A stretch of DNA of 64,000 nucleotides from Bacillota bacterium (lineage in GTDB: Bacteria > Bacillota_I > Bacilli_A > RFN20 > CAG-288): NCBI GenBank assembly GCA_036830315.1, contig DAISOU010000001.1:14437-78436 (forward strand). Direction: 5' to 3'. A program made the position numbers and the translations under genes. The notes under the pieces are model-generated. The model was given only the letters and a program-made list of their open reading frames with translations, was not told the DNA's origin and searched no databases. Below, one piece after another: positions 50,296-59,650 of the stretch (position 1 is its first letter; the number at the start of each line of letters is the position of its first letter).

Positions 50296-53205
50296 TTACA
50301 GATCGACAGAGGTAAACCCACTTACAGCCACTACTTCCTTAATTTTATTACCGCCATAATGAATAGTGACAGTCTTATTGTTCTTACCAGCATTCCAAAG
50401 AAGAACAACTTCTTTAAAACCATTATCGTAGACACTTCCTGCAACATTTGAGGTTATCTCAGCGTAAGAAGCTGAAGAATGATTCTTCAGCCCGTCCATC
50501 GCCTCCACCATCCAATAGGCACCGGACAATTCATTTGGATAATCATCACCAAGTATCTTATTATCGTCAAAGTTATAGATGGCTGTTGAAGAAGAACAGA
50601 GAGACTGGATGGACCACATATTGGAAAACCAGGTTTTAGGTGCTCCGCCTCTTTCTTTCAAAAAGGTATTATAGATCTTTGTCAGTTTCTTCTGCTCATC
50701 GTTTCCCAAAGCATAGGATGATAAGTATTCACCGGTTGGAAGCCAATGAATTCCATAGATGAATTCCGGACTTGGTCCAAACCAAGTCTGGTATTCGTTC
50801 TTGCCACCCCAGACCATGCCTAGAGCATGGACATTGGCACTTGCCGGTATGCCGCTGTCATACCAGTTAGTCTCATCATAATCAAACCAGTACTGTTTAA
50901 CAGAATATAGTTCAGTAGTGTATCCGTAGATGCTGGTATCTACTAATTCTGTATCGCCTGTTGCCAATCCAAACAGATAACCTGCCACCCAGGAATTAAG
51001 GGCTTCACCGCAGGATTCCTGATTATTGCCATCTCCGGCATCTCCGAATCCATCCGACCAACTATGGCCGGAATATGTGTCAAAAGTTCGTAGATATGGA
51101 TACATCTCATCATCTTCGTGATCATAGCTTTCATAGTCTTTCAGTAAGAGAGAAACCATACCTTTGTAGCTAGTCAGGAATGCAGAATCAAACATAGACA
51201 AAACTGCGCTGGCAAAAACCAGGTATCCGTGGGTGAAATGATGATCGCTTAATCTAGTTCCAGTCGAGAAGGCATCATCGCTATAGTACATGCTTCCCCA
51301 AGTATCGTTATAGTAAAGATAACGGGAATCATTTTCACCACTATAGGTGAACCAGTCATCTAAGATAAGACGGATCTTCTCAATAAAGTTGGCCTTGAGT
51401 CTTTCTTCATTCAACTGACTGGCGATAATAAGGCCTTGACTTAACGGATATAGAGCTTTGCTGTTCCAATATGGAGCCGTATTATCGAGATAGTCTTTAG
51501 AATCGACTTTATCGTCATAGACACCATCTGAGACCAAGTTATCATTGAGGCGGTTAAGATAAGAAACCATCTTGATCTTATCAAAGGTAGAAGAAGTCGG
51601 AGTCGTGAAGGAAGGGAGGACGCCTGCAAAACTCATGCTGGTATCAAAGCTATCGTCTGCCAGCATTTTAATCGTTCCTCTCATTGCTTCAACCGAATAT
51701 GGGGAAGGAGTCGAAGCTGTTTTCTTCCACTGATGAGGAAGAAGACCGAAAACGGAAGTCGCATCTGTTTTATCAATATGCTGGACATTGACAGAATAAT
51801 GAGTGTTGACTAAGCTCTTTTTATGGTCGACTGTGAAAGAGGAATTGGACCTGCAAGCCATTGAATAAGCATGCTGATGATAGAAGCTGACCATTTCCTT
51901 CGAGAAGGACTCCCCTAAAGGTGTAACGGAAAAATAATTTCCTTTTGTCGGAGCAATGGTCAGACGATCCAGGAAAGAACTGTCAGGATGAGAATTATGT
52001 TTGGGTGTAAAGACTGTGTTTTCAGGTGCATTGATCAGGAAAAACACATCCTTATATATAGGAGCGCCAAAGGAGACACCATTGCTGACACCATTGTCCT
52101 GATAACTATAACCGCGATGTCTTGATACCAAGGAGACGATTATTCCCTCAGAGGTTATAGGAGTCAGTCCATCTATCTGAGTGCCGTCAAGATTAAAGTA
52201 GCGATAACCGCCAGTCACGCCATCGATTGACAGATCGATATCAGTAGGAGCAGTTCCTTTGGTTTCAAAGAAGACATAAGGAGAACCCTGAGCATAGGTA
52301 ACAACCAAATCATCAATGTTATCGGCCTGATTCTTCAAAGCAACCCTCAAGCCGTTTTCGGAATATGACTGAACTTCAATTTTTGTATTACCGCTTTTAG
52401 CCGGCTTGATCTTCAGATCTCGAAAAGTGGGAGTGAAGTTTGAGATGGTCTTACTAGTATAGGAACCGTTATCAGCCATATCCTTATTAGTACGGTAAAC
52501 CTGGTCACCTCCGACTCCGACATCGGAGATTTCAACTCCGCCATCGATAAAACTGGAACGATACTGATTTATATATAGACCAGTATTAGATGGATTGGTA
52601 AAAAGTCCGCTATACCAAGAATTGGTAGGTATTGGGTTCTCTAATAAATCAGCCCGGATATTGTTAGGGTTGGCAGGGTTGGGGGCCTTAGTCGTACCGG
52701 TTGCATAAGAGCCATCTCCAATATTTACCTGAGTATTGGAAGAATGAGCCTTATTGTTAACTGGCGCCGTATAGGTTCCATTATCACTTACAGTAATAGT
52801 TCTTTGATTAGTTTCAGTCTTAGAATTGTAATCAAGAGTATAAGTCAAAACATAGGACCCGACTGTTCCATAATCCACATAACCGCTGCAACTTATATTA
52901 TCGGTTATATCTATACCAGTTGAAGAAGTAGCTGATACGCCTTCGAAAGCATCAAAATAGTGACCGGTCTTGATTGTAATATCATCGATGCCTTTAATCG
53001 AAGTGGGATCACCTGGTTCAACTGATGATGATGAATTCTGAGATTCTGAATCCTCACCTGTCGATATAGAAGAATCTACATTATTTGAATTTTCACAACT
53101 AGAGGGTGAACTATCAGTCCCTGAGCTTATGATACTTGAATTATTTCCGCAGCTGCAAAGTAAAAACACAGTAAGTAAGCTGATTGCTTTTCGAAGTTTT
53201 TTCAT
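50296..53205 (-). CDS. GH81 endo-beta-1,3-glucanase lipoprotein with DUF5011-type Ig domain
   Basis: Start MKKLRK after AGGAG; lipobox LCSC; Ser linker; PIPTNSWYS, SDHHFTHGY, RTFDTYSGHSW, NNQESCGEALN, GIHWLP motifs. Confidence 0.88.
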   Translation of the reverse strand: MKKLRKAISLLTVFLLCSCGNNSSIISSGTDSSPSSCENSNNVDSSISTGEDSESQNSSSSVEPGDPTSIKGIDDITIKTGHYFDAFEGVSATSSTGIDITDNISCSGYVDYGTVGSYVLTYTLDYNSKTETNQRTITVSDNGTYTAPVNNKAHSSNTQVNIGDGSYATGTTKAPNPANPNNIRADLLENPIPTNSWYSGLFTNPSNTGLYINQYRSSFIDGGVEISDVGVGGDQVYRTNKDMADNGSYTSKTISNFTPTFRDLKIKPAKSGNTKIEVQSYSENGLRVALKNQADNIDDLVVTYAQGSPYVFFETKGTAPTDIDLSIDGVTGGYRYFNLDGTQIDGLTPITSEGIIVSLVSRHRGYSYQDNGVSNGVSFGAPIYKDVFFLINAPENTVFTPKHNSHPDSSFLDRLTIAPTKGNYFSVTPLGESFSKEMVSFYHQHAYSMACRSNSSFTVDHKKSLVNTHYSVNVQHIDKTDATSVFGLLPHQWKKTASTPSPYSVEAMRGTIKMLADDSFDTSMSFAGVLPSFTTPTSSTFDKIKMVSYLNRLNDNLVSDGVYDDKVDSKDYLDNTAPYWNSKALYPLSQGLIIASQLNEERLKANFIEKIRLILDDWFTYSGENDSRYLYYNDTWGSMYYSDDAFSTGTRLSDHHFTHGYLVFASAVLSMFDSAFLTSYKGMVSLLLKDYESYDHEDDEMYPYLRTFDTYSGHSWSDGFGDAGDGNNQESCGEALNSWVAGYLFGLATGDTELVDTSIYGYTTELYSVKQYWFDYDETNWYDSGIPASANVHALGMVWGGKNEYQTWFGPSPEFIYGIHWLPTGEYLSSYALGNDEQKKLTKIYNTFLKERGGAPKTWFSNMWSIQSLCSSSTAIYNFDDNKILGDDYPNELSGAYWMVEAMDGLKNHSSASYAEITSNVAGSVYDNGFKEVVLLWNAGKNNKTVTIHYGGNKIKEVVAVSGFTSVDL

Positions 53206-53280
53206 TTGATTACTCCTAATGATGAATATTGAACGACTATAGGGCAAACTATTATAGACCATTGAATACCTATAGACTTA

Positions 53281-53311
53281 AAAGGCCCCATGAAGTTAAA
53301 ATGGGGCCTTT
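53281..53311 (-). terminator. Intergenic hairpin between lipoprotein and GH81 genes
   Basis: AAAGGCCCCAT-N9-ATGGGGCCTTT with a short U-tail. Confidence 0.65.
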
Positions 53312-53329
53312 CAAGAATACAGATTTTAA

Positions 53330-55510
53330 TTATTCAGCCAGAACACAGGACTGTGAGACGACTTCAAAGTAAGCGTCGGTGGTATCGGCCTTACCGGTGA
53401 AAACCTCACAAAGCTTGCAAGTCACATCATTCAAGGTGACATTGACAGTGAAAGTGTGATCGGCAGCAGCGACAAATTCAGCGCTGGGGAAACCTAATCC
53501 CATGACGATTTCAGTCGCACTGACGACAGTTTCTCCAACTAAGCCAGTTGAAGTCAAGGTAGCTCCGGTCGAAGTGACGATTTTTGCCGTGGTGTTATCA
53601 ACACAGCCAGCAGTCAGAGTATAGCCTTCAGCCCAAGTGACATGAGCCTTGAGCCAGGCTCCGCCGACACCCGAAGATAGTTTTACAGCAAAGCGAGTGG
53701 AGACATCTTCATCAGGGCCAGCAGCTTTGACAGTGATTTCAACTGTGGCCTTATATTCCTTAGAATCGATTGTCACAGAGGCAGTTATTATAGCTGTTCC
53801 TTCCTTGATACCAGTGACTACGCCAGTAGCAGAATCGACAGTTGCAATAGCTTCATCAGACGAAAGGAAGGCAATCGTTCCGGCACCGTATTTGATTTCA
53901 GCTGTCAAAGTGATGGTTTCACCGACTTTGACGGACTTCTTAGTAGAAGTGAAGTTCACTTCCGGACTTAAGACATCAAAGACATCTTCATCATGTTTTA
54001 AGACAGGCATGGTATTATCGGCAAAAGTGAAAACCGTATCCGATAAGGAAGCAAAGCTATCCTTGGTGCAGGAAGCAAAATCAACATTGTTTAAATTGGA
54101 GACGTGAGTATCAGCAATGGTTCCGCCGTTAGGATTGAAGGGCTTGAAGTTTTCATTAGCGGTATCGTGTGCAATATTGGTATAGCCGTTCTGAATCTTA
54201 AATTCACCAGCATCTGCAAATGAATAAGCAAAGAAGGGGAAACACATGGCATCGGGAGCCATCAAATTGGTGACGATGTTATTGATCTTGGCAGCACCGG
54301 AGATGCAGCTGGCAATAACTCCGTTTCTTCCCCAAGTCCAATCTGAAGCTGTACGAGTGTGAGCGGCTTCAAAAATACAATTTTCAATGCTTCCGCCATT
54401 GACTTCCTTAGCTAACAGACCAGAGAAACCAGCGGCATCGATGGCACCGATAAGATGAATATTTCTCATTACGCCGTTGAACAGCCAGAAGATACCAGTG
54501 GCTTTTTCTTTTTCGTTTTCGGAATCATTCCTGACATTGAAATTCTTGACCGTATAACCACAGCCATCTAAAGTGCCGGAGAAGACATTTCCTTCATTAG
54601 AGTTATTTTTAGCGCGTCCGTTTAAAACAGCACCATTCAAATCGATATTCTTTCCTAAAGCATACTTGCCATTGATTGTTCCTTTAGTCTCAACCATAGC
54701 CAAAAACTCGGAAGCAGTATTGATCTTAGTATAGCTATCATAATTAGCGGCAACAGTAAACTCCATTGAAGCGGGATATTCTTTGCCCTCATAAGTGGCA
54801 GTACAGGTGATAGTGGAAGATCCATAGTTTGTCGGTGTGACCCACTGGGAGTTTTCTTTAAATCCCGCAGCTACGGCTGAGCCGATAGCCACTGCATTTG
54901 AACTAGTCGCCCAAGCATAAGTAATAGAGGCATCAGCTTTGGCATTAACTAAAGTAGCAGTGACTAAGTTAGCGCCGCCCCCTTCAGTCAAATTGTTCTT
55001 ATCACCCTCTCTTAAAGCCAAAGTCAGACTGATCACAGCCTTTGCTTCTACCTTGACTGTCAAAGTACCAAACTTACTGGTATCAAAAACAGAAGTGGCT
55101 TTGATGACAGCAGTTCCATCACCGATACCAGTGACCACGCCATTATTATCAACAGTGGCTACTGTTTCCGTATCACTGGACCAAGTCACCTTCTGACTGG
55201 CCTCATCGACAACGACGACAGAAGCAGTAAAGGTAGCAGTGTCTCCGACTTCAATAGTATCCTTACCGGTAACAGTTACCGAAGTAACACTGGGATTCTT
55301 AATAGCTGTAGAACTAGAAGAATCGGGAGCAGGAGTAGATGATTCAATAGATGAAGCCGTAGTCTTATCAGATAAAACAGAACTTTGAGATGAAGAGGCT
55401 GCAGAAGAAGTAGGTGAAGAGCTTAATTTCTCCGATAAGGATGAAATATCTCCGCAACTCGCCAAGGACAATAAGCCTGAAGCTAAAACTAAAAGGATTT
55501 TCTTTTTCAT
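53330..55510 (-). CDS. Lipoprotein with Big_2 Ig domains and a central GLUG-like beta-helix domain
   Basis: Lipobox LASC; Big_2 VTWSSDTETVATVDNNGVVTG and FLSSDEAIATVDSATGVVTG; YTKINTASEF...YALGKNIDL...FSGTLDGCGYTV. Confidence 0.72.
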   Translation of the reverse strand: MKKKILLVLASGLLSLASCGDISSLSEKLSSSPTSSAASSSQSSVLSDKTTASSIESSTPAPDSSSSTAIKNPSVTSVTVTGKDTIEVGDTATFTASVVVVDEASQKVTWSSDTETVATVDNNGVVTGIGDGTAVIKATSVFDTSKFGTLTVKVEAKAVISLTLALREGDKNNLTEGGGANLVTATLVNAKADASITYAWATSSNAVAIGSAVAAGFKENSQWVTPTNYGSSTITCTATYEGKEYPASMEFTVAANYDSYTKINTASEFLAMVETKGTINGKYALGKNIDLNGAVLNGRAKNNSNEGNVFSGTLDGCGYTVKNFNVRNDSENEKEKATGIFWLFNGVMRNIHLIGAIDAAGFSGLLAKEVNGGSIENCIFEAAHTRTASDWTWGRNGVIASCISGAAKINNIVTNLMAPDAMCFPFFAYSFADAGEFKIQNGYTNIAHDTANENFKPFNPNGGTIADTHVSNLNNVDFASCTKDSFASLSDTVFTFADNTMPVLKHDEDVFDVLSPEVNFTSTKKSVKVGETITLTAEIKYGAGTIAFLSSDEAIATVDSATGVVTGIKEGTAIITASVTIDSKEYKATVEITVKAAGPDEDVSTRFAVKLSSGVGGAWLKAHVTWAEGYTLTAGCVDNTTAKIVTSTGATLTSTGLVGETVVSATEIVMGLGFPSAEFVAAADHTFTVNVTLNDVTCKLCEVFTGKADTTDAYFEVVSQSCVLAE

Positions 55511-55565
55511 TGTAATCTCCCTTTTACCAGCCTTTCAAAGAAAACTGGTTCAATGAACAGCAGTC

Positions 55566-55615
55566 ATTTTATAAAGGAAAAATAATAAAGTCAACGCAAT
55601 AAAAAAGGGCTTTCA
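55566..55615 (-). promoter_or_regulatory. Promoter of 53330..55510 with upstream operator
   Basis: TTGACT (55594-55589), 17 bp, TAAAAT (55571-55566); TGAAAGCCCTT at 55615-55605. Confidence 0.75.
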
Positions 55616-55619
55616 ATTA

Positions 55620-57005
55620 GTGGCAATTATTTGATTTCATTCTTGAAACAGCAAAAGCAAAGAAATGCAAAATAATAAGTTTAGATGATTATATTTATTT
55701 TACATATTGTAATTAATTCAAAAATACAAAAATCATAATCAAATGGCTTTTTTCATAAAATAGAAGCAATTATCAAAAAACATTTGGGTCCTGTTATTAA
55801 GAATGGTTTTTTCCGTTTTCCCTTCATTATAATTTTTGAATAAACGAACATACTTTAAGTTAAACAGCAGAGGTGCAAAAAAATAATGAATTGCTTATCA
55901 AAAGCCGATGTAATTTAAATAAATTTTCTTTTAATAATCATTTTATTTCCTGTAATTATCGTGTAAACCAACTTTATAATTTAAATTAAATGTTTATCAT
56001 TAAATAATTAAAAAAATTTATTTGTATGATTTCCAAATAACCCGAAATTAAATAAGTCTCAAGTGAAAAGCAAAAACAATTTTACTATAGAAAAATTAAA
56101 AAAGCTTAGTTATGTATTCAGTTTTTTTGCCTTATAACACTATTATTTATAATTTTTTTATTAATCGTGTTTTTTTAGGAAACTAGCTTTCATAAATATA
56201 TAATTTGTAACATGTTTTTAAGGATTTTTTCTATTTTTTTATTTCTGCTTCTGATCAAAAATTGACATATAAAATGGTATTATTTTCTTATAAAATTGTA
56301 GCCCTTTCTTGGTCTTGAGCAAAAGGTGTACATTATTTAAACTCAAACTTCAAAAATCTTACCAATCAAGTAAAAAAACATGTCTTCGGCGAAAAAGAAA
56401 AATTCAAATCTTTTTTGTCTTTTGTTCGATAATGTCTATTTTTTGAGATTTACATTCACTTTTAGATCGATTGATTGCAATCTGAAGATAAAGTTTTTTG
56501 GAAAATTTATAAATATAACAAACCAATGATTTTTCATTATGATCAAACCATTTTTGGCGTATGTTCTCCATTCCGTTTCTTTGGTTTCAAAATCAATCGC
56601 AAAGGCTCAACAGCGTTTACCAGCCGTTTATTCGATAATGTGACTTTTGTTAATATACTATTTCATAAAACAATTTCTGTTCAACAAACACACCAGAAAA
56701 GGCTTTCTTTATTAATAGTATTGAAGTATACGATCGTTGTTATTAAGTAATTCTCAATCAAAAAAGCAGTCATCAATTTACTTTTGAAACACATGAATTA
56801 TTATTGAAAAATAAGAAGGCTTGTTCTCTTGATTTCCTTTCCTTTTCAAATAATCTTTTACGACTTGCATTAATTAAAAGCCACAAAAAAAGAGCATGTC
56901 CATGCCCTTTTTCTTCGTCTGCTGAAGATAGTCAGAAAATATAGAAACCACTATTGAAGCTTACAATTCTAAACTTCAGTAAGATAGAAACACGCAAAAA
57001 AAGTT
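55620..57005. other. Very AT-rich, apparently non-coding spacer
   Basis: Two hand-counted 60-nt lines had 11 and 6 G+C; no credible ORF. Confidence 0.7.
56885..56912 (-). terminator. Terminator after the GH16 gene
   Basis: Minus strand AAAAAGGGCAT-ggac-ATGCTCTTTTTTT. Confidence 0.65.
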
Positions 57006-57009
57006 AATC

Positions 57010-57987
57010 CTAACTAATCCAATCATAGATTCTGACGTAATCAATCAACATTTCAGCACTAGTGAAAGAATCAGGAGGCATAACTCCATTATCAAAATTT
57101 CCGCCGACTGCCATATTCAGAAGGATGTGGAAAGGCTGATTAAAAGGAGAAGAATCATTTGTGGAATAAGAATCAGTATGCCAGGTAGAAGATGAAACTG
57201 TCATGAATTGGTTATCATCACAATACCAGGTAATGCCTTGTTCATTCCAAATGATGCCATAATTATGGTATTCGCCGATGGTAGTGTAATCTGTAAGTTT
57301 AAACACATTGGTACCTGCTTCATAAGCGTGTTGATTGTTGTCATTTGAATAATGAAGAGCTCCGGAAGTCTGATTAGTCAGCCTTCCTTTTGCTTCCATG
57401 ATATCGATTTCACCAGAATGAGGCCATCCCTGATTCTCATAGTTCTTTTCAGGCAACATCCAGAAAGCCGGCCATAATCCCTTGACTGCGGGAAGAGATA
57501 TACGCGCTTCAATCTTCCCATAAGTAGCTTTTACCTTCCCTTTAGTCCTCAGTCTTGAGGAAGTATAGGAATAACCGCCTACTGACTCTTTCTTAGCCGT
57601 AATAACTAATTTTCCGTCTCTGACTGAAGAATTGTTCCCCTGATAATATTCAGCCTCATTATTTCCCCAGCCCGAGATTCCGTAGGCATCACCGTTACCT
57701 GTCATGTTTTCCCAGATATTGGTATTCAGACTAGCTGAAGAAAATTCATCTGACCAGGATAGTTTCCATCCGGTCTCTTCACCTACTGAAGAAGATGAAG
57801 ATGATGTTGATGAACTTGCTTCAGAGCTGATTTCTGATGAAGAATCCTCCCCTATGCTGGATAGAGAACTATTTGAAGTAGACTCAGTGGAACTTTCAGA
57901 ACTCGAATTGGAATTACCTGAAAAGAGCATCTCACAGGAGTTAAGACTCATAAGGCTGATTAAGATTAAGGAACTGATTCTTTTCAT
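57010..57987 (-). CDS. GH16 beta-1,3-glucanase (laminarinase-type) lipoprotein
   Basis: Lipobox LNSC; Ser linker; WSDEF, GWGNNEAEYY, YTSSRL, WPAFWMLP, WPHSGEIDIME catalytic motif. Confidence 0.92.
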   Translation of the reverse strand: MKRISSLILISLMSLNSCEMLFSGNSNSSSESSTESTSNSSLSSIGEDSSSEISSEASSSTSSSSSSVGEETGWKLSWSDEFSSASLNTNIWENMTGNGDAYGISGWGNNEAEYYQGNNSSVRDGKLVITAKKESVGGYSYTSSRLRTKGKVKATYGKIEARISLPAVKGLWPAFWMLPEKNYENQGWPHSGEIDIMEAKGRLTNQTSGALHYSNDNNQHAYEAGTNVFKLTDYTTIGEYHNYGIIWNEQGITWYCDDNQFMTVSSSTWHTDSYSTNDSSPFNQPFHILLNMAVGGNFDNGVMPPDSFTSAEMLIDYVRIYDWIS

Positions 57988-58007
57988 GGTATATATTATC
58001 CTTTAAA

Positions 58008-58040
58008 CAAATAAGGCTGATTATTCATCAGCCTTATTTG
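58008..58040 (-). terminator. Intergenic hairpin between lipoprotein and GH16 genes
   Basis: CAAATAAGGCTGAT-N5-ATCAGCCTTATTTG. Confidence 0.7.
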
Positions 58041-58082
58041 AGCATTCTAACGGCAAAAGACAAACAAAACTAATAGATGCTT

Positions 58083-59516
58083 TTAAGCCAGGGCCTTAAT
58101 AGTAGGCATCTGATTTTCTTTGATATCAAAGATATGAGAATCCAAATCAGCATAAGAAGCGACAGTGGCATTAGTCCAATTGATTCCAGTGTGATAAGTG
58201 GTCTGATCTTCGACAGGGCTTCCCCATTCCCAGACAGATCCACCGACGACTGTAGAATCAGTATAGAAGTTGACAACTGAGAAAGCCTGAGTACTTTGTG
58301 CATTTGTTCCCTGAGAACCGCCAGCTGGATAAGCGACATCGGCAAAGATTGTCTTAAAGCCGGCTTCCGGAGTCTTGTTGACATTGACGACAATGTTGCG
58401 ATAAGTGCTGCCTTCCTTGAAGACACCAACTAAAGCGGAGTTGAAGGGGAACCACTTGTTGGCATCAATCAAAGACGAATTATCAAAAGTATGGGTTACC
58501 GAAACAAAGATGTTCTCTAAACTTCCAGAACAGGCCGCACAGATAGAAGAAGTGCCCCAGCCAGATCCCTTTTCTCCGATAGTAACGCCGTCAAATCCGA
58601 TGTTGGCGATGATTGATCCTGATTCAGTGGCGGAGAAGAAGCCGCCATTTGAATACTTGTCGGCAGTATTGCCAGTGACGGTGTAATTCTTAATTGAATA
58701 ACCCTGTCCGTCTAAAACACCGGCAAAGGAACTGTTGGTATAGGGAATGGTGTAATTTCCTAAATCAATATCAGAGGTAAGATAATAATTTCCGCTGATA
58801 GTAGCTCCTGTCAAGAGTTTGGTCTTAACATCGTCAGCTGTCGATAATGCGGTCCATCCAGTAGTGTGATCAGCCTTGACGAAGACAGGAATCGTCTTCT
58901 TGAAAGTATCCGAACCAACCTGGAAAGAAACCTGTATGGTATCGGAGCCAAAATTGTTGCAGCTATAGTTGACTGCGTTTGAAGTAGTGGAGCCAGTGAA
59001 GGTTCCCTTAGAATAAAGTGACTTCCAGTTATAAGTGATGGCGCCATCATAATCGGTGACAGTCGCAGTTAAGGCAATAGTATCCTTCTGGGTAGCCAAA
59101 GTCTTATCCGCTTCAATGGTGATGACAGGATTGACGACCGATATGACGTTGATATCTAAACTTGCAGAAACTGTGGCATCAGCTTTGGCAGTAGCCGTAA
59201 ACTTAGTTGTTCCGACTTTTTTTCCTGTAATCAAAACGGAACCATCGTTATTGATTGAACAAGTGGCGATAGAATCATCAGCCATCGCAATATCAAACCC
59301 GGCTTTAGTCGTATCACGGGTAAGAGTGACAGTTAAGTTAGTGGTTTTCCCAACCATGACAGTGCCTTCGCCAGTCAATTTGATCTTAATTTCCTGAGTA
59401 GTAGCTGAAGTTGAAGTACCAGATAAGTCGCCGCTATTGACAGAAGTACCGTTTTCACCACAACCAGTAACTAAGATTAATGAGGCAATAGCTAAGAATA
59501 AACCTGATTTTTTCAT
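58083..59516 (-). CDS. Lipoprotein with Ig-like domains and a GLUG-like beta-helix domain (paralogue-like to 53330..55510)
   Basis: Lipobox VTGC; Big_2 DDSIATCSINNDGSVLITG; WTALSTADD...YYLTSDIDL...FAGVLDGQGYSI. Confidence 0.72.
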   Translation of the reverse strand: MKKSGLFLAIASLILVTGCGENGTSVNSGDLSGTSTSATTQEIKIKLTGEGTVMVGKTTNLTVTLTRDTTKAGFDIAMADDSIATCSINNDGSVLITGKKVGTTKFTATAKADATVSASLDINVISVVNPVITIEADKTLATQKDTIALTATVTDYDGAITYNWKSLYSKGTFTGSTTSNAVNYSCNNFGSDTIQVSFQVGSDTFKKTIPVFVKADHTTGWTALSTADDVKTKLLTGATISGNYYLTSDIDLGNYTIPYTNSSFAGVLDGQGYSIKNYTVTGNTADKYSNGGFFSATESGSIIANIGFDGVTIGEKGSGWGTSSICAACSGSLENIFVSVTHTFDNSSLIDANKWFPFNSALVGVFKEGSTYRNIVVNVNKTPEAGFKTIFADVAYPAGGSQGTNAQSTQAFSVVNFYTDSTVVGGSVWEWGSPVEDQTTYHTGINWTNATVASYADLDSHIFDIKENQMPTIKALA

Positions 59517-59580
59517 TATTTACGTCCTCCCATAATAATGATGAAGAATAGAATCTGATGATTTCTATTTCATTGACCTG

Positions 59581-59631
59581 ATTATATTTTGGAACTTGGA
59601 AAAAAGTCCCAATATTTCGTAAGGGCTTTCA
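59581..59631 (-). promoter_or_regulatory. Promoter of 58083..59516 with the same upstream operator
   Basis: TATAAT (59586-59581); weak -35 GGGACT (59610-59605, 18-bp spacer); TGAAAGCCCTT at 59631-59621. Confidence 0.7.
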
Positions 59632-59650
59632 TTTTTTTCTTATTTGGTAA

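Noticed and set aside
55869-55909. AGAGGTGC...AATGAA...GCCGAT resembling the 5' part of a lysine riboswitch
   Set aside because: Far too short; the GAAAGG segment and 3' helices are absent; no downstream gene on that strand
56475-56750. 91-aa plus-strand ORF in the AT-rich gap
   Set aside because: No RBS, atypical composition, no recognisable domain
55620-57005. AT-rich gap as oriC or CRISPR leader
   Set aside because: No TTATCCACA-type DnaA boxes, no dnaA/dnaN nearby, no repeat-spacer array and no cas genes
4620-59516. Poly-Ser linkers after the lipobox in six lipoproteins as a special signal
   Set aside because: Common flexible tethers in lipoproteins of this kind of lineage; no further evidence such as a dedicated modification locus
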